DNA of 64,000 bases, taken from positions 3,096 to 67,095 of IMG/VR virus record IMGVR_UViG_3300012162_000002. One strand, written 5' to 3'. Positions within the stretch are counted from its first letter, which is position 1. Each line of letters opens with the position of its first letter. This document shows, piece by piece, positions 40,840-50,695 of the stretch. The translations under genes and the position numbers were made by a program. Below the pieces are notes generated by a model that was given only the letters and a program-made list of their open reading frames with translations, was not told the DNA's origin and ran no database searches. Source of the DNA: a virus.

Positions 40840-41022
40840 TTACAATAAAAGTCTTAATTGAAAAGGAGGAATAAAACTATGAACTATCTTGATTTAAAAG
40901 AAAATTGGTATGCTTTATATTTATCAATAGTGAACTACATGACATCTGATGATGCTATAAGAGTGATGATTGGCACTAGAGAGTATAATTTCAATAACCG
41001 CTAATTTGGAGGTGTAAGTAAA

Positions 41023-41229
41023 ATGAAAGATATAATGAAATATATATGGAGGTACTATTTTAGGACGGAATGCTCCGGAGGTATAGCTATAGCTAATTCA
41101 AAAGAAGAAGCTGAAAATAAAATTAAAAAAATGTACTTGGATTACGACCATGACGAGTTGGTGGTCTGGGAAGCTATGCTAGACGATGACTACAAAGAAG
41201 AGTTCCCAGATGTATTGGAAGTTTACTAA
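41023..41229 (+). CDS. hypothetical protein
   Basis: GGAGG RBS. Confidence 0.6.
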   Translation: MKDIMKYIWRYYFRTECSGGIAIANSKEEAENKIKKMYLDYDHDELVVWEAMLDDDYKEEFPDVLEVY

Positions 41230-41253
41230 ATTAAGAAAGGTTAAATAATAATC

Positions 41254-41580
41254 ATGGAAGAAAAAGTTGTATGGGAATATGACTATTATACGCTGCAACA
41301 AGCCCGCAAACTAATCTATCAGGAAATGCGTTATGATCGACTACAAAGGGAATATACAATTAAAAGAAAAGAAAAATTAAGACGTAAACGGAAAATTTAT
41401 TACATAAAACAGAGATTAATTGGATTGATGGTTTGTATGCTGTCAATCCTTTTGTTTTACATAGCAGACGGGACTATAATGTCAGTCTTGTTGTTTACAT
41501 GTGGCTTGTGGATTATAGGCACAAAACAGAAACTATTCATTAACCTATTTAATGATATCAAAGAATCTTTTGAAAGGTAA
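41254..41580 (+). CDS. membrane protein
   Basis: Basic segment followed by two hydrophobic helices. Confidence 0.65.
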   Translation: MEEKVVWEYDYYTLQQARKLIYQEMRYDRLQREYTIKRKEKLRRKRKIYYIKQRLIGLMVCMLSILLFYIADGTIMSVLLFTCGLWIIGTKQKLFINLFNDIKESFER

Positions 41581-41594
41581 GAGGTGATGACGGA

Positions 41595-41786
41595 ATGATA
41601 AAATTCAAAACTGTAGAACCAGATCCAACAAAATTATTTGATTTAATCTTTGGTACAGATGGAGAAATTTATTTGTATCACCGTGGGAAGTTTGTAGCAG
41701 CCTGTGGAAATTTTCTAGAAGTAGAAGAGGAACAACAACGGATTCTGAAAGATGACAAGAAAGAATTAGCAAAGGAGAGTGCTTAA
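41595..41786 (+). CDS. hypothetical protein
   Basis: GAGGTG RBS. Confidence 0.6.
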   Translation: MIKFKTVEPDPTKLFDLIFGTDGEIYLYHRGKFVAACGNFLEVEEEQQRILKDDKKELAKESA

Positions 41787-42203
41787 ATGGGTAAGATAAT
41801 TTTTAAAAATAGTGAACACTTGAAATTCTACGAGAATTTTTTACAAAAGTGCGGAGGTAGAGATGTATACCACAAAGCGTTGATGTATTGTCTTGGGATC
41901 GATGAAAATACGAGAAAAAATATATATAGAATATATGATTTCAAAACAGAGTGTGTAAAACCGGAATGTTTACACGATGGATGGATTACCAGCGGAAGTG
42001 CAAAGATAATCCGCATAGCATTCAATCTTTACTGTAATGGTACTCCAAGTGTATATGAGTATGAAAATGACCAAGAAGAGGCTTTAAAAGAGTGTAAAAG
42101 GTATACTGTGGAGGACTTGTTCTGCTGCGGTTATGCACGGTATTTCTGGGAAGCGGTTAAAATCAGATATCCGGAATATTGTTGCAATAAAACGGAGGAT
42201 TGA
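41787..42203 (+). CDS. DUF6075-like protein
   Basis: IIFKNSEHLKFY...YHKALMYCLGI...WITSGSAKIIRIAFNLY pattern (recalled). Confidence 0.6.
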   Translation: MGKIIFKNSEHLKFYENFLQKCGGRDVYHKALMYCLGIDENTRKNIYRIYDFKTECVKPECLHDGWITSGSAKIIRIAFNLYCNGTPSVYEYENDQEEALKECKRYTVEDLFCCGYARYFWEAVKIRYPEYCCNKTED

Positions 42204-42206
42204 TAT

Positions 42207-42449
42207 ATGGACGTACCAATGTGCAAATGTGAAAGAGATGGTTGTGAGTATAATTTGGATGGGTATTGCACTAACGGAGCAATGCTGTTGTTACTTGAAC
42301 TTGATGATATAGCCTATAGAGAAATTCCTTTTAGTGAAACATGCTCATATTATAGTTATACTCCCGATTTTATTGATGATGATGATGATGACATTGACGA
42401 ATATGTATTTGTAGATGATTATTGTGATTATCTTTGGGATGGTGAATGA
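42207..42449 (+). CDS. Cys/Asp-rich hypothetical protein
   Basis: ORF track. Confidence 0.55.
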   Translation: MDVPMCKCERDGCEYNLDGYCTNGAMLLLLELDDIAYREIPFSETCSYYSYTPDFIDDDDDDIDEYVFVDDYCDYLWDGE

Positions 42450-42531
42450 AGATTAAAATAAGATCAATTTGAAGATTAATACATGTAAATTGGTGGTACG
42501 CCAATGAATCCAGAAAAGGAGGGAAAATTAT

Positions 42532-42837
42532 ATGAAATTTTATGAAGCATTTGAATATGTGAAGAATGAACTTGAAGGTAAAACTTTGACGTTGGGTGAA
42601 ATAGATAAAATTACTATGTCAACAGATCAATTCTATGATGGACTCTCCATTGATATTCTTTACAGATGTAAAGTAAGAAAAAATTTATATTCTTATAATG
42701 GTGAAGAGTATGACAATCAAGTCATAGCTATTGATTTTAGTTTTGTGGAAGATTTAGAAAGAATCAAATTACAGAATGATGAACTAGATGGATTTGAAGG
42801 TGTTATAGTTACCGTTAAAAAGGTTTATTTATTTTAA
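42532..42837 (+). CDS. hypothetical protein
   Basis: GGAGG RBS. Confidence 0.65.
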   Translation: MKFYEAFEYVKNELEGKTLTLGEIDKITMSTDQFYDGLSIDILYRCKVRKNLYSYNGEEYDNQVIAIDFSFVEDLERIKLQNDELDGFEGVIVTVKKVYLF

Positions 42838-42872
42838 TGTAAAAACAAAATATAAAAATGGAGGATTAAGTA

Positions 42873-43199
42873 ATGGGTTATTATACTGATTATACTTTGG
42901 AAACTCACAAATCTAAAATGAATATATCAGATATTTTAGGCAATTTATCTGAAAATGATTTTGGTGGATTAAATTATGCAATAGATGTTTATGGGGAATA
43001 TTATGAATCCGTCAAATGGTACGACCATGAAGATGATATGAAAAAATTATCATTAAAATTTCCAGATGTAATTTTTAAGTTACATGGAGAAGGGGAAAAT
43101 TCAGGAAATTTATGGGATAAATATTTTAAAAATGGAAAAATGCAAACTTGTTATGCAGTAATTACTTTTGATGATTATGATGAAAGTAAATTAGAATAA
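42873..43199 (+). CDS. hypothetical protein
   Basis: GGAGG RBS. Confidence 0.7.
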   Translation: MGYYTDYTLETHKSKMNISDILGNLSENDFGGLNYAIDVYGEYYESVKWYDHEDDMKKLSLKFPDVIFKLHGEGENSGNLWDKYFKNGKMQTCYAVITFDDYDESKLE

Positions 43200-43231
43200 A
43201 TAGAGTTGAAGATTGAAAGGGTGATAATAAA

Positions 43232-43510
43232 ATGAAGAAATGTGCAGATTTTATAACAGTAAAAGGAAAACATTTTCGAATTTGTTACCCATTAGGGTTA
43301 ATGGGTGTGAAAGGAAATGAAATTTATGAACTAGAAAAATATTGTCAATGTCGCTATTGTAAAACCAGAAGATCCTATAATAGAGAACCAGCTAATACTC
43401 TAATTGCATCAACAACGGATATTCTAAAATTAAATGATATTGCCGACTTCGTAAATGATTGGACTTGTGGGAATGAAAGGCAACTGGAAAGATTATATGT
43501 AAAATTTTGA
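43232..43510 (+). CDS. hypothetical protein
   Basis: ORF track. Confidence 0.6.
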   Translation: MKKCADFITVKGKHFRICYPLGLMGVKGNEIYELEKYCQCRYCKTRRSYNREPANTLIASTTDILKLNDIADFVNDWTCGNERQLERLYVKF

Positions 43511-43572
43511 CTTGTGGTAGAAAGAGGAAATATATAAACAATTAAATATGATATTGAAAGGGCTGAAATTAT

Positions 43573-43857
43573 ATGAGAATAACAGAAGAAATGGTATTCC
43601 GTTTTAATAATATGCTTTTATTAACAGAAGGATGCAGTTTTAAACTTCAACTTAATTATGGCGTAGGGAGTAATATGCAGTGTGAAATAGTTCCAAGGTC
43701 TGGAAAATTTTTAGACAGTTGGGTGCTAAATGCATCCAAGGAATTTTATTTTACTCTAGAAAAATTTTTCAAATCAGAAGGAATTGAATTAAGCTACAAT
43801 AATGACGGTAGTATTTTCTGGAGTAAATCAGGATTTACGGATAAAATCAATATTTGA
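43573..43857 (+). CDS. hypothetical protein
   Basis: ORF track. Confidence 0.6.
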   Translation: MRITEEMVFRFNNMLLLTEGCSFKLQLNYGVGSNMQCEIVPRSGKFLDSWVLNASKEFYFTLEKFFKSEGIELSYNNDGSIFWSKSGFTDKINI

Positions 43858-43873
43858 GAGGATGGTTTAAAAT

Positions 43874-44116
43874 ATGATCAGTAGATATCAAATAAAAGAA
43901 ATTATCAAGTCTTGGAGAGATGAAAGTGGAATATGTGATATTTTTACTGATAGAAAAATCATGTATAGACTTAGTTCTAATAATAAGTTATCTATTTATA
44001 CTTCGTGTCCAGGATTTTTAATTGGGAAGGCTGGACATCTATATAATAAGTATGAGGAACTATTGAAGGGTGTTGGAGTAAGTGATGTAGAACTTATTGA
44101 AACACACGTTATATAA
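43874..44116 (+). CDS. stand-alone KH-domain-like protein
   Basis: LSIYTSCPGFLIGKAG resembles the type II KH GxxG loop of ribosomal protein S3. Confidence 0.5.
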   Translation: MISRYQIKEIIKSWRDESGICDIFTDRKIMYRLSSNNKLSIYTSCPGFLIGKAGHLYNKYEELLKGVGVSDVELIETHVI

Positions 44117-44159
44117 ACGATAAAAATAGTATTTGAAAAGATAAAAGGAGGATAAAAGT

Positions 44160-44771
44160 ATGAAGATCAATAAAGAACAAGAACAGGTAATTATTACATT
44201 ATATAATGAAATTATGAAAGAAAGAGGGCAGAATAAACAAATCGCAGTCCAAGACATAGATTTTAAAAAATCAATTCAGGTTGGTGATTATACATGGAGT
44301 GCATTTTCTGGTGATAAAGATGGTAATACGGGCATTTTGTTAGATAAAAAACATACAATTAAGGGCGTTCAATTTGGCGAAGATAATAATTATTCAACTA
44401 GCAACGTTAGAAATGTAGCTAATGATTGCGAGCCATCAAAACAAGCATTAAAAATTTTCGGTAAAGATGCATTTATTCCACTTGAAATTGATTTGCTTAG
44501 TCATGATGGATTAAGGGATTATGGAGTCTGTAGAGGTGATCTATTTGGAATTTTGAATTATGATATGTATCGGAATAATCGTGAAAATATTGATTACAGT
44601 GCAATGCTGCTTGCTACACCAGAATCAACACCTTCCGGCGATGGCCCATCTTATGTTCGGTGTGTTTGCTCCGGCGGCGGCGTGGGCTGCGGCGGTGCTG
44701 GCTGGGATGGCGGGGGTGTCCGTCCGTTTTATATCCTTAAATCTGATATCTTCGTATCTTTGGTAGAGTAG
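44160..44771 (+). CDS. DUF6273/C-lectin-like protein, probable DGR target
   Basis: C-terminal ATPESTPS...VRCV...GVRPFYIL with a GC-rich, NNC-codon-rich variable-region-like end. Confidence 0.6.
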   Translation: MKINKEQEQVIITLYNEIMKERGQNKQIAVQDIDFKKSIQVGDYTWSAFSGDKDGNTGILLDKKHTIKGVQFGEDNNYSTSNVRNVANDCEPSKQALKIFGKDAFIPLEIDLLSHDGLRDYGVCRGDLFGILNYDMYRNNRENIDYSAMLLATPESTPSGDGPSYVRCVCSGGGVGCGGAGWDGGGVRPFYILKSDIFVSLVE

Positions 44772-44846
44772 TGGGAAGCCGATAGCGTAGTCTAGGGTGT
44801 AAACCCTCTAGTAAGCTACCGATAAAATATAATTTTGAAAGGATGA

Positions 44847-45224
44847 ATGGAGGATAAATTTATGAATACTATGAATACATCAAATGAATCAAGGATTAAA
44901 ACAGTCAGAGATTTAAAAGAATTATTGGAACATGTGGGTGTGGATATAATGTCACTAGAGTTTGATTTTAATTCTTTGAAAGAAAAAGGAACTTGTTATG
45001 TTGTGCAATGTATTTGTTATTCTGATGATGATAGCACTTCAGTATTCTGGAAAGAAGAGGATGCTTATAAATCCATGATTGAAGATATGGAAACAGAAAT
45101 AACAAATCTTCAAGACGGTGGTTATGAATTTGTATCATCAGAAAATGACACTAGTGCTGAAGTACATGTGCCTGATTCTGATATATACTATGAATGGGAA
45201 ATCATTGAAACAGATATTCAGTAG
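44847..45224 (+). CDS. hypothetical protein
   Basis: GGAGG RBS. Confidence 0.6.
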   Translation: MEDKFMNTMNTSNESRIKTVRDLKELLEHVGVDIMSLEFDFNSLKEKGTCYVVQCICYSDDDSTSVFWKEEDAYKSMIEDMETEITNLQDGGYEFVSSENDTSAEVHVPDSDIYYEWEIIETDIQ

Positions 45225-45254
45225 ATAAATTCAGCTTTTGAAAGGAAAGGAGAA

Positions 45255-45608
45255 ATGAAAGTTATGAATCTTTTAGATAAGGAAGAAGCTTTGTATAAAC
45301 AAGATATGGAGAATAGAGAGGAATTAATAAAAAAATCATTGTTAATTGGTACTGATTCTCTTAGTAGGGTGGAATTAGATCAAATTGTACAAAGCGGAGT
45401 TATGGGTATTTCAAAGTTATATAAAAGTCAGATAATAAAATACAATGGAAATATGTTAACATCTGAAATTTATAAAGCCGCTGATTTTCATTTTAATGAT
45501 GCTGGGTTTCAGTTTAAATGGAGAAATCATCGAGGAATAATTCAACTAGAATGTCTTACATGGAAAGAAGTATTAAGAAGAATTAAAAGTATAAATAAAA
45601 CTCATTAA
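45255..45608 (+). CDS. hypothetical protein
   Basis: AAGGAG RBS. Confidence 0.6.
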   Translation: MKVMNLLDKEEALYKQDMENREELIKKSLLIGTDSLSRVELDQIVQSGVMGISKLYKSQIIKYNGNMLTSEIYKAADFHFNDAGFQFKWRNHRGIIQLECLTWKEVLRRIKSINKTH

Positions 45609-45767
45609 AAACACTGATTGAAAAGGAGATTGAAAAACATGTTTAGGGGATATGTAAATGGAACTTGTTATTATAGCTATAAAGCTTTTAAGATTGCCAA
45701 GGCAGAATATGAAGAAAAACTAAAAACGTTTCAATGTAAATAGTTCAGCTTTTGAAAGGAGAAATAT

Positions 45768-45977
45768 ATGACTGTTAAAGAAGCCGGAGAAGGTATTGTA
45801 ATAGAAGAAGAAACTACGTATTTAATTGATTTTGTAAATTATGATAGAGAAGATGATCAAACAGATTTTACCGCTACAGGAATGGATGATTTAGAAGAGT
45901 TATACAATAACTTTTGTGTAGAAAATGGGTTTGAAAATAATACAGTGATCTATATTATGATTGCTGAAGATGATTGA
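45768..45977 (+). CDS. hypothetical protein
   Basis: AAGGAG RBS. Confidence 0.6.
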   Translation: MTVKEAGEGIVIEEETTYLIDFVNYDREDDQTDFTATGMDDLEELYNNFCVENGFENNTVIYIMIAEDD

Positions 45978-46244
45978 AAGAGATAAATTCGACATTTGAT
46001 ATGAAACAAAAATTAAGAGTTGATTGGCGAAAACTTTTAATTGTAAATTAGATAGAGACTAAGGAGGGAATTATGTTAATAGATGTAAAATTGTTATCTG
46101 AGTTTAATGTGAATGGAAAAACATATTGCATCGTCAGAATAAAAGGTGGTGCATGCACTTTGGAAAAACATGAATATCTTGAGTTGCTGGAATTATATAC
46201 TCATGATACAATAGAAAAAATAGCTTAAAAGAAAGGAATTTACT

Positions 46245-46439
46245 ATGGGAACCGTTGAAACTGTTATTTGTATTATATTGCTTGTATGTATAGTTAAACT
46301 AATATTTGGTGAAACATCTCAACAAAAGAGGAGAACAATAGAAAGAAATGCTGCTTGCAAAAACATGATAAAAAACGGAGATGGAAAAGATGCCCTGGAA
46401 TACACTAAAAAATATGGTGGAGATTACTACTTGAAATAA
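46245..46439 (+). CDS. small membrane protein
   Basis: N-terminal hydrophobic helix. Confidence 0.55.
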   Translation: MGTVETVICIILLVCIVKLIFGETSQQKRRTIERNAACKNMIKNGDGKDALEYTKKYGGDYYLK

Positions 46440-46449
46440 AGGCGGTGTT

Positions 46450-46668
46450 TTGATGTATATAATCAAATTGAATAAGAATTTTATTATGAGCTGTGGTAGT
46501 ATGAAAGAGTGCCAGCAGCTTATTTTACGCTACAAGAAGAAATTCGGGAAAGATTCCTTTAATGAATTCGATCCGGAATTATATTCAAATGGTGTGTTGA
46601 TAGGATATTTTACTCAAAAAGGTAATTTGTATGTGCCTGTAGATTTAAAAATACGGAAGGTGGGGTGA
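46450..46668 (+). CDS. hypothetical protein
   Basis: ORF track. Confidence 0.55.
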   Translation: MMYIIKLNKNFIMSCGSMKECQQLILRYKKKFGKDSFNEFDPELYSNGVLIGYFTQKGNLYVPVDLKIRKVG

Positions 46669-46672
46669 GAAA

Positions 46673-47650
46673 ATGTGTTATAAAACAGAGAAGCATCAGC
46701 AGTTACGGATAAACTTAGAAGGACTAACAAAGGATTACCCTTTATTCATTAAGGGATTTTTCGCAGAACAGAAATCAGCCAGGAGTAGTTATAATTATTT
46801 TGGGTGTATCAATAATATGTTAACATGGTTAATTGAAAATAATATCGTTGATAAAAAATCTATATCTGAAATAACCGCAGAAGATTTGAACGGCGTTCTC
46901 CCATCTCATGCTACATTGTATTTTTCGCAACTTCAGACAAATGGAAATGAGTTAGATACAATTGGTACTAAGATAAATTATTGCAGTTCATTTTGGACGT
47001 ATCTTAAATGCAATAAATATGTGATTGAAAATATTATATCTTTAATCAACAAAAGCAGATTTAAATCCGAAAAAACAACACATGATGTAAAAATCCCAAG
47101 TGAAGAAGAACTTTCTGAATTTCTGATCAATATACAGTCAGGAAATAGCAAGGGATATGATTGCATCCGGAACTTAACTATAGTAAAATTACTATTGGGC
47201 AGTGGTATACGGTCAGAAGAGTTGATAGGGTTGGATGTGCAAGATCTGTATTTGAATAATGATGCCTACATTATGATTATGGGTAAAGGACGAACAGAGC
47301 AGCAAGAGAAAGTAATGATAACTCCAGAAGCTAAAAAGCAGTTGAAAAAATATTTACTTGTTAGGAGTGAATTTGCAGAAGAAAAAGAGATTGATACTAA
47401 CGCTTTATTTTTATCAAATCGTAGACAGAGGATATCTAAAGGGGCATTAGACAATATTTTCTTGATTAATAGTAATAAAAAAATCACACCTCATATGCTG
47501 CGACATTATGTCGGAACTATGATCTATAGAAATACAAGAGATATTGTCTTAGTACAAAATCAACTAAGACACTCTAGCTTAGAAACGGCTGCCAAGTATT
47601 ATGTACAGGCAGACGAAAAAAAATTAAGAGAAGTGTTGAATACATTGTAA
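46673..47650 (+). CDS. tyrosine recombinase/integrase
   Basis: GIRSEE, GKG, HMLRH, LRHS and AKYY catalytic motifs. Confidence 0.9.
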   Translation: MCYKTEKHQQLRINLEGLTKDYPLFIKGFFAEQKSARSSYNYFGCINNMLTWLIENNIVDKKSISEITAEDLNGVLPSHATLYFSQLQTNGNELDTIGTKINYCSSFWTYLKCNKYVIENIISLINKSRFKSEKTTHDVKIPSEEELSEFLINIQSGNSKGYDCIRNLTIVKLLLGSGIRSEELIGLDVQDLYLNNDAYIMIMGKGRTEQQEKVMITPEAKKQLKKYLLVRSEFAEEKEIDTNALFLSNRRQRISKGALDNIFLINSNKKITPHMLRHYVGTMIYRNTRDIVLVQNQLRHSSLETAAKYYVQADEKKLREVLNTL

Positions 47651-47692
47651 AATAAATAGAATACAGTTTTGAAGAGATAGGAGGAAATTTAG

Positions 47693-48016
47693 ATGGTAAT
47701 AAAAGCGTTGGAATTTAAAAAGGAAGATGGAACTAATATAATTATATATGTTTCTTTATATAACGATTTCTATGGTGCAATAGAATGGAGAATAGACGAT
47801 ATTCAATATAATCCTGTTGGAAAGATAAAATGGCTATGGTTAAATAAAATATTTGATGAATCATCTGAATACCGACGTCTTGAAATTGAAGAACGAGAGC
47901 AATTTAAAATGAATAAATATATAGAATTCGTTGGCAAAGAAAGAGTGATCGAAGCTTTCTTGAGTGCTTGGGAAAAGTTAAAACCTAGTTTACCAGATGT
48001 TTATATTAACTTATAA
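47693..48016 (+). CDS. hypothetical protein
   Basis: GGAGG RBS. Confidence 0.6.
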   Translation: MVIKALEFKKEDGTNIIIYVSLYNDFYGAIEWRIDDIQYNPVGKIKWLWLNKIFDESSEYRRLEIEEREQFKMNKYIEFVGKERVIEAFLSAWEKLKPSLPDVYINL

Positions 48017-48068
48017 ATGATAAAATCAAAGGCAGATTTGATGTAAATTTTTGAAGGAGGAAAATTAA

Positions 48069-48521
48069 ATGTGGAAATATAAATGTCCTATTTGTGGAGA
48101 AATAATCACTGAGGATTATACAATTGATATAGTAAAAGACTACATTGGAGCAACACATGATTGCCCAAAATGTGATGGTCTTTTGATGATTGAAAAAGAC
48201 CTATCTGTATCGGAATTTGGAAATGAACTGGTTCATCGTTATAATGAATTGGGAGTAGACGTATCAAAAGAAGATGCAACAGGTACATTTATTGAATTTG
48301 AACAGGAAATAAATGAAGTAATAATTAAATTATGGGGTGCAGTGGATCAAGCACAAATAATGGACTTAGTAGAATATGCCTTTAAATGCTGTCCTTATAT
48401 AATTAAAAAGGATATATTGAGACATCTGTATCAATATGCTAAGCAAGATGGTTGTAAAAGTGGAGTACTGTCACAAGATGAAATTGAAGAATGGTTAAAA
48501 AAGGCAGAGCAAATTATTTGA
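48069..48521 (+). CDS. Zn-ribbon hypothetical protein
   Basis: CPIC...CPKC. Confidence 0.6.
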   Translation: MWKYKCPICGEIITEDYTIDIVKDYIGATHDCPKCDGLLMIEKDLSVSEFGNELVHRYNELGVDVSKEDATGTFIEFEQEINEVIIKLWGAVDQAQIMDLVEYAFKCCPYIIKKDILRHLYQYAKQDGCKSGVLSQDEIEEWLKKAEQII

Positions 48522-48548
48522 GATAAATTTCGCATTTGAATTCATTTT

Positions 48549-48788
48549 TTGGTTATATCTTTAATAAAGAAAGGTGTTAAAATGAAAGAAAAAGAAGATA
48601 AGTCTTCTAAAATAAGTGAAGAAGATGATTCTATGATTACATCAACTGTGAAAAAAGAAAATATATTTGCAGAATTTTTAAAAACCAACCAAGAAAAGAT
48701 ACAAAAAATCACTCCTAAAAATAAAATTATCAAAAATGACGATGACTGGACAAAAGAAACCTTTTGGGATAACGATTATAAGAAGTAA
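48549..48788 (+). CDS. hypothetical protein
   Basis: ORF track; likely start MKEKEDK. Confidence 0.5.
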   Translation: MVISLIKKGVKMKEKEDKSSKISEEDDSMITSTVKKENIFAEFLKTNQEKIQKITPKNKIIKNDDDWTKETFWDNDYKK

Positions 48789-48950
48789 TTAGCTATGAGT
48801 AAAGACATGTACAGACGTATGTGTCTTTGTGGTTAAAATGGAAGAATGGAGGGTGTTGGATTTGTTGTCCAAACAAATAAAAAGAACTTGATATTAGTAT
48901 GAGGATATGGTAAATTGTAGATATGAAAAATTTAGAAAAGGGGTAATAAT

Positions 48951-49424
48951 ATGATGTATGTTTTTAGTATTGAAGATAATGAGCAGCTTAGTGACGAAAA
49001 ACTTGTTGATAAAATTATTAAGGATGGGCTAGTGGTTGAGACTGGAGACATGTTTTTATTAGCTAAAACTAATATAATAAATATTGATGGGATAAAAATT
49101 GAAGCTGGACTTAAATTGGAGGATTACATAAATTGTTTCGATGGCGGGGAATACATTACATTAATAAAAGACATACAAATAGGGAAAGATAACGCTATCG
49201 AAGCTTTATGTGGAAATTTATACTGTTCATATGGAGATGGCGATGAAACATATGCGGAAAGAATATATAACTCCGAAAATCCTTATGTTGAAATAGAAAA
49301 ATTAATTGATGAATTTTTATTGATTACTATTGACATTAAAATAGCAGATATAGAAAATGAGATCAAAAAGAATAAAAAGAAAATAAAAGAGCAAGTTAAT
49401 CTTGGTTGCGTTGAATGGGAATAA
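48951..49424 (+). CDS. hypothetical protein
   Basis: ORF track. Confidence 0.6.
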   Translation: MMYVFSIEDNEQLSDEKLVDKIIKDGLVVETGDMFLLAKTNIINIDGIKIEAGLKLEDYINCFDGGEYITLIKDIQIGKDNAIEALCGNLYCSYGDGDETYAERIYNSENPYVEIEKLIDEFLLITIDIKIADIENEIKKNKKKIKEQVNLGCVEWE

Positions 49425-49506
49425 ATTGTAAATTAATATGAAACGTTAATGGGCATGTACAAATGTATGTGTCTTTTTTAGTGGAAAAATTAAGGAGGAA
49501 ACGACA

Positions 49507-50691
49507 ATGCAACAAATAAAAATATCAGAATTAAAATCACATCCACGTAATACAGAGTTTTTCGATGATATATCCGGCGAGAAATGGACTGAATTTTTAG
49601 AGTCCATAAAGACAAGCGGTGTTATTGAGCCTGTGATTATTACAGCGGAAAAAATTATTGTATCAGGGCATCAGAGGACACGAGCCTGTAAGGAATTAGG
49701 GATTGAGTCGGTATTATGTGAGGTACACGCTTATGAGAATGAAGACCAGATTCTTAAAGATTTATTGGAGACGAATATCAGGCAGCGTGGAGATGTTGGC
49801 GGTTCCGCTAAGAAAGTCGGGAAGAGGATTAAGGAATTGGAGAGGTTGTATGGGATTAGAAATGGTTCTGCTGGTGGGACAGGGGTTAACCAGTATACAA
49901 AAGAGCTTGAACGAAATAATTTCGCTCAAGCAACTCAGGAAACTTTAGCAAGTGATTTAGGAATAGAAGTACGGACTCTTCAAAACTATAAACTCCTAGC
50001 TGATATGATCCCGGAACTAGAAGACTTACTTGATACGGGCATCGTAACCAAAACCACAGCCCTGGCCATTATGAAAAATTTATCAGATTCAGAACAGGAA
50101 GAACTAATTTCTTCTATGGATACAACTAAACGAATCACTCAAAAACAGGTACAGCAGTATATTGATGAAATTAAAGGGTTGGAAGAAAAAATTGCCGATC
50201 AGGATATTGATGATTTGGTAGAAAAAAAAGAAAAAGCACAAGAATCTGAAAGGAAAATGTATGAAAAATTACAGACACAGAAGAAAGAAAATGAAGAACT
50301 AAAAAAGAAAGCCAAGGATTCGGTTGAAAATGAGGTAGTGCCGGATGATTATGAAGAAACAAAATTAATGTTGGAGGGGATAACAGAAATCAAAGAGAGG
50401 TTAGAAGAAGAACTTAACGAAGCACAGCAGGAACTTGCTGCTATTAAATCGGAATTAGATATGCAAAAAAGACTGGTGAAAACAACATCAGATGAGAGAG
50501 CAATTACATCGACCAATATGAGAAACATTAAAAATGAAATTCTTGCGGTAATGCGACCATTTACGATTATGAAAGATACATATGTGAAGTTGCCGGTAGA
50601 AGATCAGCATGAAATTCATTTAAGTGTTGAAAAAATACAAGAATGTATTGATGAAGTAAAAACACAATTAATAAGTAGAAAGGTAGGATAA
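49507..50691 (+). CDS. ParB N-terminal domain protein with HTH and coiled coil
   Basis: IKISELKSHPRN...LESIKTSGVIEPVI...IVSGHQRTRACKELG; TQETLASDLGIEVRTLQNY HTH. Confidence 0.85.
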   Translation: MQQIKISELKSHPRNTEFFDDISGEKWTEFLESIKTSGVIEPVIITAEKIIVSGHQRTRACKELGIESVLCEVHAYENEDQILKDLLETNIRQRGDVGGSAKKVGKRIKELERLYGIRNGSAGGTGVNQYTKELERNNFAQATQETLASDLGIEVRTLQNYKLLADMIPELEDLLDTGIVTKTTALAIMKNLSDSEQEELISSMDTTKRITQKQVQQYIDEIKGLEEKIADQDIDDLVEKKEKAQESERKMYEKLQTQKKENEELKKKAKDSVENEVVPDDYEETKLMLEGITEIKERLEEELNEAQQELAAIKSELDMQKRLVKTTSDERAITSTNMRNIKNEILAVMRPFTIMKDTYVKLPVEDQHEIHLSVEKIQECIDEVKTQLISRKVG

Positions 50692-50695
50692 TAAT

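Noticed and set aside
46673-47650. Prophage attachment site next to the recombinase
   Set aside because: Phage-like genes continue on both sides, and no host gene or att core duplication was seen.
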